Shown in pieces: positions 56,239 to 64,000 of a stretch of DNA of 64,000 nt (its first letter is position 1; the number at the start of each line of letters is the position of its first letter). Location of the stretch: the NCBI GenBank assembly GCA_018823175.1, contig JAHJIY010000007.1:32725-96724 (forward strand), read 5' to 3'. A program made the position numbers and the translations under genes. Origin of the DNA: Pseudomonadota bacterium (GTDB lineage Bacteria > Desulfobacterota > Desulfobulbia > Desulfobulbales > JAHJIY01). The notes beneath the pieces were generated by a model, which did not search any database, had not been told where the DNA came from, and saw nothing but the letters and a program-made list of their open reading frames with translations.

Positions 56239-57392
56239 TGACTTATCAGATTTCAACAGAAGACGGGCTGCGTAACCGTAAGCTTTATCTGAAAAAAAGC
56301 AGACGGATCGTGGTCAAGGTCGGCAGCGCCGTGTTGACCGGGCAGAAGGGTCTGGACCGGCAGGTCATGGGAAATCTGGCTCGGCAGTTATCTGCCCTGC
56401 GTCATGCCGGGCGTGATATTATTCTGGTCAGTTCCGGGGCGGTGGCGGCCGGCAGGCGAAAACTTGATTTAGGTGACCGGAGCATTTCCCTTAAGGAAAA
56501 GCAGGCGGTTGCCGCTGTCGGTCAAAGCAACCTGATGCGCACCTATGAAGATATTTTTGATCAGTTTGATCAAAAGGTGGCGCAGGTACTTCTCACCCAT
56601 GATGATCTGTCTCATCGCGATCGATATCTAAATGTCCGTAATACCATCTTTACCCTGCTTGACTGGGGTCTGATTCCGATCATCAACGAAAACGATACCG
56701 TGTCGGTCCGGGAACTGCGGTTTGGTGATAACGATACTCTGGGGGCCATGATCACTAATTTGATTGAGGCGGATCTTTTTGTCTGCTTGACCGATGTTGA
56801 TGCCCTGTATACCGGCAATCCGTTAACCGATAAGAATGCCTTGAAACTTTCCACGGTGGCGAAGGTCACCAAGGAAGTGGAAGATATGGCCGGCAATGTG
56901 TTCAGTGCCCTGGGCAGCGGCGGGATGCGGAGTAAGATCCTGGCTGCTAAAATGGTGGCAGCCCGGGGCGGCGCTTCTTTTATTGGTCCCGGGCGTCTGC
57001 CCGATACTCTGGACAGATTGTTTGGCGGCGAGGAGGTCGGTACTTTTTTTCTGCCGAGTGATGAAAAAATGCATAGTCGTAAGCATTGGATCGCCTATAC
57101 TCTTCGGCCGCGAGGGTTTTTGGTCCTGGATCAGGGGGCTTGCCGCGCTCTGCTGAAGGGTGGAAAGAGTTTGTTGCCGATAGGTATTCGTGAGGTGCGG
57201 GGTAAATTCGGGGTTGGCGCCCCGGTCCAGTGTTTGGACGAGGAGAACCGGCCAATCGCCGCCGGACTGGTCAATTACCGATCTGGCGAAATAGAAAAGA
57301 TCTGTGGCTTGCAGACTTCACAGATCGCCGAGGTCTTGGGGTACAAGGACAGTGATGAGGTTGTCCATCGGGATAATCTGGTACTTTTATAG
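56238..57392 (+). CDS. proB: Glutamate 5-kinase (with PUA domain)
   Basis: RIVVKVGSAVLT, LVSSGAVAAG and INENDTV motifs; C-terminal PUA-like region. Confidence 0.92.
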
Positions 57393-57450
57393 ATCGAGCA
57401 GGTCGAAGGGTTTTTATTGGCATCATTGGCTGGTAATTGCCATGATTTAT

Positions 57451-57487
57451 CTTCAACCTTCAACCTTTAACCTTCAACCTTCAACCT
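57451..57487. repeat. Heptanucleotide tandem array, 5 x CTTCAAC (same family as 35.4 kb arrays)
   Basis: CTTCAAC CTTCAAC CTTTAAC CTTCAAC CTTCAAC CT, between proB and proA. Confidence 0.9.
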
Positions 57488-57526
57488 GAATTACTGATAT
57501 CCCTATAAATAGTACGGAGAGTGGTT

Positions 57527-58783
57527 ATGTCGTTGCAGGAAAAAATTAAATCGATGGCGATTGAGGCTAAAAAGGCATCTCGTCAACTGAGTTGTCTGTC
57601 AACCGATGTGAAAAATCGAATCCTTGCCCGGATGGCCGAGGGGTTGCACGAGAAACGTCTTCATATTCAACAGGAGAATGCCAGGGACCTGGAGACGGGG
57701 CGCGCCAAAGGACTCTCGGCGGCGATGCTTGACCGGCTCGAGTTATCGGACAAGGTCATTGATTCGATGATTGTTGGGTTAAAGGAAGTGGCGGTGCTGC
57801 CGGATCCGATCGGTGAGGTGACGGAAATGATTAAAAGGCCAAACGGGATTATGGTCGGCAGGATGCGAATTCCTTTGGGGGTCATCAGTATGATCTATGA
57901 GTCCCGGCCTAATGTAACGGTTGATGCCGCCGCCCTGTGTCTTAAGTCGGGGAATGCCGTCTTTTTGCGGGGCGGCTCTGAGGCCATCCATTCCAATCTC
58001 TTTCTGGCCAAGGTCCTGCAGGAGGCGTTGGCGTCCGAAGGGGTTAACCCGGCAGCGATTCAGGTGGTGCCGGTTACGGATCGGGAGGCGGTAAATATTT
58101 TGCTGACCCTTGAGGAATACATTGATCTGATCATTCCCCGGGGCGGCGAGAGTTTGATTCGATTTGTGGTTGAAAATTCCCGAATTCCGGTGCTCAAACA
58201 TTATAAAGGCGTATGCCATGTCTTTGTTGATCAGAGCGCAGACCTGAAAAAGGCCACGGCGATTGTGATAAACGGCAAAGTGCAACGTCCCGGCGTGTGT
58301 AACGCTTTGGAAGCTTTGCTTGTGCATCAGGATATCGCTTCTGCTTTTTTGCCGGTTATCGCGGCGGAATTGATGAAGGCCGGGGTTGAACTGCGGGGAT
58401 GCCCGCTGACTAAGGAAATCCTGCCCGGGATTAAGGCGGCGGTTCAATCCGATTGGGGCATGGAATTCCTGGATCTTATCCTGGCGGTTAAGGTAGTGGC
58501 TGATCTGGATGCGGCGATGGAACATATCGTCAATTTCGGCTCCCTGCACACCGAGGTAATTGTCACGGAAAATTATACTAATGCCCAGCGTTTTATCCGG
58601 GAGGTTGATGCCTCGGCGGTTATGGTTAACGCTTCAACCCGGTTTAGTGACGGCGGGCAGTTTGGGCTTGGGGCCGAGATTGGGATCAGCACCACTAAAC
58701 TGCATGCCTATGGCCCAATGGGGCTTAAAGAATTAACCTCCAAAAAGTTTATTGTTTATGGTGATGGACAAGTGCGAAACTGA
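57527..58783 (+). CDS. proA: Gamma-glutamyl phosphate reductase
   Basis: Aldehyde dehydrogenase-like protein with YESRPNVTVDAA, GGSEAI and VCNALEALLVH motifs. The ATG at 57527 follows GGAGAG. Confidence 0.92.
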   Translation: MSLQEKIKSMAIEAKKASRQLSCLSTDVKNRILARMAEGLHEKRLHIQQENARDLETGRAKGLSAAMLDRLELSDKVIDSMIVGLKEVAVLPDPIGEVTEMIKRPNGIMVGRMRIPLGVISMIYESRPNVTVDAAALCLKSGNAVFLRGGSEAIHSNLFLAKVLQEALASEGVNPAAIQVVPVTDREAVNILLTLEEYIDLIIPRGGESLIRFVVENSRIPVLKHYKGVCHVFVDQSADLKKATAIVINGKVQRPGVCNALEALLVHQDIASAFLPVIAAELMKAGVELRGCPLTKEILPGIKAAVQSDWGMEFLDLILAVKVVADLDAAMEHIVNFGSLHTEVIVTENYTNAQRFIREVDASAVMVNASTRFSDGGQFGLGAEIGISTTKLHAYGPMGLKELTSKKFIVYGDGQVRN

Positions 58784-59465
58784 GTTTTCTTTTGGGGGTG
58801 GCCTGGTAGGTATTTTGGGAGGAACTTTCGATCCCGTTCACCAGGGCCATTTGGCGGTTGCCGCTCGGGTAAAGGATTATTTTTCCTTAGATTCGGTAAT
58901 TTTTGTTCCGGCCTGGATGCCTCCTCATAAGCAGGAGGCTCCGGTTTCATCCTTTGCTCACCGGCTCGCCATGCTGAAATTGGCGGTTGCGGCCTGTCCC
59001 GGATTTAAGGTTTCTTCCCTTGAAGCTGAGAGATCTGGACCTTCATATACCATTGATACCCTTGTTGAATTGAAAAATCGTCTGGCTGATCAGGCCCGGA
59101 TTTATTTTATAATCGGGATAGATGCCTTTGTCGAGATTCCCAGCTGGAAGCAATATCAACGCCTGCCTGATCTGGCGAATTTTGTGGTAATTGAACGTGA
59201 AGGACTTAAGCTTGGGGACGATCCGGGAAGTGTGGTGGCTAATTTTTCCGGCTATTCATTTGATCGGGAAAGCAAGGCCTGGGTTGCTCTCGATCGGAAA
59301 GGTCGAATTTATCCTCTGGCGATGGAACCGGTAAATGTTTCTTCAACCATGGTTCGGCAAAGAATTGGAGAGGGAAAATCGATTTTCGGTCTGGTGCCTG
59401 GCGATATTGAAGATTATATAGCCCGGCATGGTCTTTATGGTGGGTTTGCTTCACTAATCTCTTAA
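58764..59465 (+). CDS. nadD: Nicotinate-nucleotide adenylyltransferase
   Basis: GILGGTFDPVHQGH motif and SSTMVRQRI. The start is uncertain (TTG 58752, ATG 58758 or ATG 58764) and overlaps the proA end. Confidence 0.85.
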   Translation: MDKCETEFSFGGGLVGILGGTFDPVHQGHLAVAARVKDYFSLDSVIFVPAWMPPHKQEAPVSSFAHRLAMLKLAVAACPGFKVSSLEAERSGPSYTIDTLVELKNRLADQARIYFIIGIDAFVEIPSWKQYQRLPDLANFVVIEREGLKLGDDPGSVVANFSGYSFDRESKAWVALDRKGRIYPLAMEPVNVSSTMVRQRIGEGKSIFGLVPGDIEDYIARHGLYGGFASLIS

Positions 59466-59484
59466 TTCAGTAAAGATCAATTTT

Positions 59485-59509
59485 TTGAGCTATTCCTCAA
59501 GGTTTTTTT
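59485..59509 (+). terminator. Weak rho-independent terminator after nadD
   Basis: TTGAG (59485-59489) pairs with CTCAA (59496-59500), followed by GGTTTTTTT. Confidence 0.35.
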
Positions 59510-59884
59510 GTCTGAAGCCCACTCGCATTCTATTACTTTCCCGATGGCTATATTTAATTACTGCCACAGCCGGGGTCTGAGTTATTTTGGTTGACCGGGC
59601 CATTTGCTGTTTGATGTTCATGGTAGTGAGTCTGAATATGTTACGTTAGGTCAGTTTGCCCTTGACATTCACCGTTGTCCTTTGTGATATATAGATTGTG
59701 CTTTTATTCATGCAATTAATCGCTTCACGGCAAAGGAACCTTAGTGTGGCGTGATTCTTTGTTTCTTTGGGGCTTATGGAAAGTTAAAATAACGAATTAT
59801 TTACTACAGTATGTTGGCGGAGTGATTTATTGGGCAAAGCCGGTAATATTTGGAAATATCTAATTTGGGTAACAGGAGAAAACT

Positions 59885-60691
59885 ATGAAGTTGCGCGCAA
59901 AATATTTAATGGCGTTTTTGAGTAGTACCGCCCTTACCTTTGCCGTGGCAGGCGTCTGTGTTTGGGGTTTTACCAATGTTGATAAAATTTCAAACAATAT
60001 ATTTGATGTAGATAGTGTGATTCTTGAGCAGGCCATCTTTTTCGATAAAGAATTGGCCCACTCACGGCGGTCGGAAAAAGAATTTTTTATCTTTCCCAAA
60101 GATCTGATTAAACAGACAGAATATGTTGATAAGTGGAAAACGAGTTACGAAAAGATGGGAGGACATCTGGTTGAGTTGGAAAGACAGTTTGGAGTGATTA
60201 ACAATCAGCCTATGATTGCTGCGGTTGGCAGGGCTAAAGAGATAATAGCGGAGAACAAAGTAACTTTTGAAATCGTGGTGGATAAATTTGAAAAGACTAA
60301 AAGCTACGATAAGGTAAACAAGGCGGAGTATGGTGATTTCAAGGCAAAAACCCATGAACTTGAGGAGATTGCCCTTCAGATATCCCAGGTGGGGATGGAG
60401 GGTGTGCGCCGAGGCAAAGGGGAGCTGGCACAGGCCCAGAATGAGGTTTTGCTGTTGATTAAGGCCGTCTCTCTGTTTGCCATTGCCTGGGGTCTTTTAC
60501 TGCCGATAATTTTTACCAGCCGAATTGTTTCGGTCATCAAGAATCTGGTTAAGATCAGCAATGAAATTAGTCAGGGAAAATTCAGCGAAATAAAAATTAA
60601 AAGAAATGATGAGTTGGGCGACCTGGTAACGGCTATCAAGCGGATGCAGAAGAGTGTCGCTATCTTAATGGATCGGGTGTCCAGCCGCTAG
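59885..60691 (+). CDS. Membrane sensor-like protein: TM, ~160-aa periplasmic helical domain, TM, HAMP, with no output domain
   Basis: TM1 AFLSSTALTFAVAGVCVWGF; TM2 AVSLFAIAWGLLLPIIFTS. HAMP-like RIVSVIKNLVKISNEISQGKFSEIKIKRNDELGDLVTAIKRMQ. The protein ends about 15 aa later. Confidence 0.6.
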   Translation: MKLRAKYLMAFLSSTALTFAVAGVCVWGFTNVDKISNNIFDVDSVILEQAIFFDKELAHSRRSEKEFFIFPKDLIKQTEYVDKWKTSYEKMGGHLVELERQFGVINNQPMIAAVGRAKEIIAENKVTFEIVVDKFEKTKSYDKVNKAEYGDFKAKTHELEEIALQISQVGMEGVRRGKGELAQAQNEVLLLIKAVSLFAIAWGLLLPIIFTSRIVSVIKNLVKISNEISQGKFSEIKIKRNDELGDLVTAIKRMQKSVAILMDRVSSR

Positions 60692-60703
60692 TGGTAGGAG
60701 TGG

Positions 60704-61477
60704 TTAGTAATATTTTGAAAAGTAAACGATAACCACGGCGATATTGTCTTTGCCGCCTTGTTTGTTGGCCTCCTGGACAAGAAGGTCGCAGGCTTTTCCC
60801 GGCACGGGTGTCGAGTTCATGATTGAGGTGATAACTTCATCCGAGAGCATGTTGCTCAATCCATCCGAGCATAGAAGCAGACGATCGCCTGACTTAAGAT
60901 TGAATTCTGCCAGGTCGACCTTGACCTCAGGTTGATGTCCCAGGGCCCTGGTAATCATATTTTTTGCTTTGGACAGCTCGGCTTCTTCTCTGGAAATTAA
61001 TCCCTGTCCTACCTGCTCTTCAACCACTGAATGGTCGCTGGTCAATTGCTTCAGACTTTCATCTCTCAGCAGATAAATTCGGCTGTCGCCAACGTGGGCG
61101 ATTACTACTTTCTTTTTTTTGGGGTAAGGTTTCCAGGCTGCCGCCAGAGTGGTGCCCATCCCTTTCCAGGCCGCTTTTTTTTGGGCGGCCTGATTAATGA
61201 TCTGGTTGGCGCGAGTTACGGCTACACCTAAACGGTTGGCCGGTTCCGATAATTTCGGGTTGTAGCCACTGATTGGTGGAGCCTCTTCTGTATTTTCAAG
61301 TTTGAGGTGTTCGATGGTCAGATCTACTGCCATATGGCTGGCGATTTCGCCGGCGGCATGTCCGCCCATGCCGTCGGCGACCACAAAAAATGAAAGGTCG
61401 TTATCGATGGCCAGATAGTCCTCATTGTTAGAGCGTACCCGCCCTTTATCGGTCTTGCCGCATGCTAGGTATTTCAC
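60704..61477 (-). CDS. PP2C-family Ser/Thr protein phosphatase
   Basis: RSNNEDY, ADGMGGHAAGEIAS, HVGDSRIY, LLLCSDGL and GGKDNIAVVIV motifs; GTG start. Confidence 0.88.
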   Translation of the reverse strand: MKYLACGKTDKGRVRSNNEDYLAIDNDLSFFVVADGMGGHAAGEIASHMAVDLTIEHLKLENTEEAPPISGYNPKLSEPANRLGVAVTRANQIINQAAQKKAAWKGMGTTLAAAWKPYPKKKKVVIAHVGDSRIYLLRDESLKQLTSDHSVVEEQVGQGLISREEAELSKAKNMITRALGHQPEVKVDLAEFNLKSGDRLLLCSDGLSNMLSDEVITSIMNSTPVPGKACDLLVQEANKQGGKDNIAVVIVYFSKYY

Positions 61478-61516
61478 TGGTCTTATTTCCTGAACACAAA
61501 AAATCGATAAATTGTT

Positions 61517-61695
61517 TTATCTGCCGCAAAAGTACTTCCTGCGGGCGCATAAGTTTCGATGTCTTGTAAACTCGCTTATCGGTTTGCGCCGGGGAGCGGC
61601 TCAACTCAGCTATATACCGCAAGGGTACCCCAAGGGCACTTCCTCCGGGGCGCATAAGTTTCATTTGTGCCGGCGAGCGGCACAACTCAGCTATA
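61517..61695 (-). repeat. Two tandem copies of the interspersed hairpin/TATAAT element (61517-61613 and 61611-61695)
   Basis: On the minus strand both copies read …AGCTGAGTTG-hairpin-…ACTTATGCGCCC…CCTTGCGGTATA…. They lie between the kinase stop (61691) and the PP2C start (61477), in sense with those genes. Confidence 0.8.
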
Positions 61696-64000
61696 TCTCA
61701 TCTATGCATTTTTGGGTCGCAATGACGACTGCTCCGGCCGTCTGAAATCTTTGGGTTACAACCTTGTTTAGCAATTTGTCTAAAATCTCGATACAGCACG
61801 GCGGGGTATTGGGTGCTATTTCGATAATCGGCGTGTACTTTGCATTGGAAATATTGTGCATCAGGGCGCCGATATTGTCACTCTTGAATGGTTTTTCACC
61901 GGAAAGCAATTCATAGAAAACTGCGCCGAGTGAAAACAAGTCTGATCTGCCGTCTACTTTTTTGCCCAAAACCTGTTCCGGAGACATATAGTTGGGAGTT
62001 CCCAGGATGACACCGGTCTGGGTCTGTGAGGCGGTGGTCAAACGGGCGATGCCGAAATCGGTCACCTTGATGTTGCCTTTGCCGGTCAGCATGATGTTGG
62101 CCGGTTTGATGTCGCGATGGACCACGTGATGTTTGTGCGCATAGTCAAGGGCGTATGCCACCCTGGCGATGACGTTTAACGCCATTTTTGGTTGCAAAAG
62201 GTTATCTTTACGGCAATAGCGACTCAGATCAAAGCCGTCCAGGAGTTCCATGGCCATGTAAGTTATGTCGTAATCTTCTCCGGCATCGTAAATCGTAACT
62301 ATATTAGGATGACTGAGACGACCGGCTGCTTCCGCTTCGCGGAAAAATCGCTCTTTAATCTCGGCAAGTTGGGCGGGATCTACTTCGTCGTAACGCAGGG
62401 TCTTTATTGCCACCTTACGATTGATCTTGGGGTCGCGACCAAGGTAAACGGTGCCGACCGCACCCTGGCCAATCTCTTTGATAATCTCATAGCGACCCAG
62501 GGTAGGCCGAGTTCCCGTGCTGCTGTTCATGAGGTTTTTTTCTGATCTCGGTCCGATATTTGACCCCAAAAGGGAGTTGTCATCGGCTTTTTTAAGGCGT
62601 CTTATCCTGACGGCACTATCTTTAAAGTGGCCGCCCTTAAGGATGTATTCGTATACCGAGATTGCTTTGTTGAACATCCTTTTTCTTTCAAAATCGAGTC
62701 CAAGATTGTAGAGCGTTTCTTTGACCGAAGGGTCAACCAGGGAGCACTTCATAAAGCTGTTAAAGGCCATGTCCAGAAGGCCCTGACTCTGGAAGGAGAG
62801 TCCGAGTATTTTATTGACCTCGGTATTTTCATCTTTTTTCTTGGTGGGTGCGGTCATTATTTTATTGACCATGACAAATAACAGGCCCAGAACCGCAAGG
62901 ATGGTATGGGGGGCGACTTTAAACCATATCCCGTTGTTGATAAAAAGAAAGCCGGCGACCCCGTACCAGGTCAGCAGAAAAATTGACATAATCAGGCTGC
63001 CCAAACGAAGGCTGAGTTTGGTGGTGACGATCAGTAGAAACAGGCCAAAGTATAAAATCAGGATGATTTCGAGCAGCCAGGCCCAGCTTGGCCGGACCAG
63101 ATACGCGTTATTCAAGATATTTTCGATGACGTTGGCGGTGATCTCGGTTTCAGAGATGGTTGTATTGACCGGGCTCTGTCGGGTGGGGCTAATCTTTTCT
63201 GCCGTCAGCCCGATGAGGACAAGTTTGTCTTTCAGGACTCCGGCCGGGATCCGGTTCTTGATGACGTCAACAAAACTATAGCGATTGATCTCTTCCCGTT
63301 TTACATTAAAATCAATCAGCATTCGATAGCTGCTGCTGACTGGTATTTCATAATCCTTAAACTGGATTGTTCCGGTTTGGCCCAGTTCTTTGATCTCCTC
63401 CAGATTCTGCAAGTTATAGCCGGAGTACGTCATGGCGAGCCGCAGGGCAAAGGAAGGGAACAATCTGTTCTGAAAACTGATTAACAGTGGATGACTTCGC
63501 ACAATACCATCGGAATCGGGCATGTAATTTATGTGACCATGGGCCCCGGCCCCGGATGCCAGTTTGGTGTAGGTCGGGATTATGGTTCTGGCGACCGGAA
63601 TGGTGTTTTCGAGAACGGTTATTGGGTTTTTGAATTTTAAAAGAAGCTGGAATTGGGAGACTATTCGGTATTTCTCCGGGATCGAATGTTTTTCCAGCCA
63701 TTGAGGCATGGTTGACTGGGTTTCCAGAGAAGTTTTCTCAAAAGAGAATAGAAATGGCATTACAATATTTTGGACCGGCGTGATGGACGCAAGAAGCATC
63801 GCATCATGGTCAAGCCGCATTTCCGCCTGTTTCAGGCTTTTGTCAATTTTGTCGTAGGCGCTGTTTTTTGAGAAGTCAGGTTCGCGTTTCAGCTTACTTC
63901 TGATCTTGTCAATTTCCTGCAGGCCGGGATTGTTCTCAGGATTGGGGAATAGTAGATGAATACCGGTGGCTTTAACCCCTTGGCTGGAGATGATTTCAAT
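61691..64000 (-). CDS. CHASE2-like sensor / TM / TPR / Ser/Thr protein kinase (5' end beyond window)
   Basis: Hanks kinase motifs GQGAVGTVYLG, VAIK, HRDIKPANIML, DFGIA and GTPNYMSPE sit at the C-terminus. Upstream are four TM segments and a periplasmic-type domain. The reading frame stays open from 63820 to nt 64000 (…KATGIHLLFPNPENNPGLQEID…), so the annotated M at 63820 is not the true start. Confidence 0.85.
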   Translation of the reverse strand: MEIISSQGVKATGIHLLFPNPENNPGLQEIDKIRSKLKREPDFSKNSAYDKIDKSLKQAEMRLDHDAMLLASITPVQNIVMPFLFSFEKTSLETQSTMPQWLEKHSIPEKYRIVSQFQLLLKFKNPITVLENTIPVARTIIPTYTKLASGAGAHGHINYMPDSDGIVRSHPLLISFQNRLFPSFALRLAMTYSGYNLQNLEEIKELGQTGTIQFKDYEIPVSSSYRMLIDFNVKREEINRYSFVDVIKNRIPAGVLKDKLVLIGLTAEKISPTRQSPVNTTISETEITANVIENILNNAYLVRPSWAWLLEIILILYFGLFLLIVTTKLSLRLGSLIMSIFLLTWYGVAGFLFINNGIWFKVAPHTILAVLGLLFVMVNKIMTAPTKKKDENTEVNKILGLSFQSQGLLDMAFNSFMKCSLVDPSVKETLYNLGLDFERKRMFNKAISVYEYILKGGHFKDSAVRIRRLKKADDNSLLGSNIGPRSEKNLMNSSTGTRPTLGRYEIIKEIGQGAVGTVYLGRDPKINRKVAIKTLRYDEVDPAQLAEIKERFFREAEAAGRLSHPNIVTIYDAGEDYDITYMAMELLDGFDLSRYCRKDNLLQPKMALNVIARVAYALDYAHKHHVVHRDIKPANIMLTGKGNIKVTDFGIARLTTASQTQTGVILGTPNYMSPEQVLGKKVDGRSDLFSLGAVFYELLSGEKPFKSDNIGALMHNISNAKYTPIIEIAPNTPPCCIEILDKLLNKVVTQRFQTAGAVVIATQKCIDEI

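Noticed and set aside
59510-59640. 43-aa minus-strand ORF (MNIKQQMARSTKITQT…) in the 419-bp gap after nadD
   Set aside because: It has no RBS and no recognisable fold or motif, and it is below any reliable length. The gap also has a loose TTGACA…TGATAT promoter-like pair near 59664, but I cannot support an sRNA call.

Overview
This 64-kb window looks chromosomal and Desulfobacterota/deltaproteobacteria-like; the taxonomy is inferred only from gene content and order. All calls rest on motif recognition in the supplied ORF translations and on reading the DNA by eye; no database search was run. There are four blocks. (1) nt 1-15.3 kb: a 5'-partial transglutaminase/TPR gene and a phosphate (Pho) cluster. 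The cluster is phoR-phoB divergent from phoU-pstC-pstA-pstB, then a PAS/GAF histidine kinase and a REC-PATAN-Roadblock-like regulator, a detached pstS, and two outer-membrane beta-barrel genes. (2) nt 15.5-33.0 kb: a 17.25-kb accessory segment bracketed by two 182-bp direct repeats (175/182 identical). It carries a Phd/YefM-VapC toxin-antitoxin pair, a possible IS110 remnant, a 15-bp tandem repeat and an octaheme plus monoheme cytochrome c operon. It also carries a small Cys-rich ORF, two paralogous REC genes (REC-DHp and REC-histidine kinase), and a 706-aa lipoprotein containing a near-identical 1005-bp in-frame tandem duplication. It ends with a complete TonB2/Ttp-type energizer (DUF3450-like, long MotA/ExbB, ExbB, ExbD, TonB, TPR) and an Oar-like 1079-aa TonB-dependent receptor. 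This lipoprotein + TonB2 + receptor module, with its adjacent regulators and cytochromes, is my best candidate for an uncharacterised system. (3) nt 33-59.5 kb: a CheW-like/LysM membrane protein, an orphan CooC-type ATPase, then housekeeping genes. These are ileS, lspA, fabD, ffh, rpsP, a KH protein, rimM, trmD, a SPOUT-like gene, rplS, rnhB, yraN, pdxA, tmk, a TPR protein, a LolB-like lipoprotein, a radical-SAM/DUF2344 fusion, rng, rplU, rpmA, obg, proB, proA and nadD. (4) nt 59.9-64 kb: a HAMP-only membrane protein, a PP2C phosphatase and a CHASE2-Ser/Thr kinase that runs off the window. The non-coding DNA holds a 60-100-bp interspersed repeat family (at least 6 copies) with a covarying hairpin and a TATAAT-like end, heptanucleotide tandem arrays, candidate Pho boxes, and several strong hairpins. 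I recognised no rRNA, tRNA or CRISPR array.
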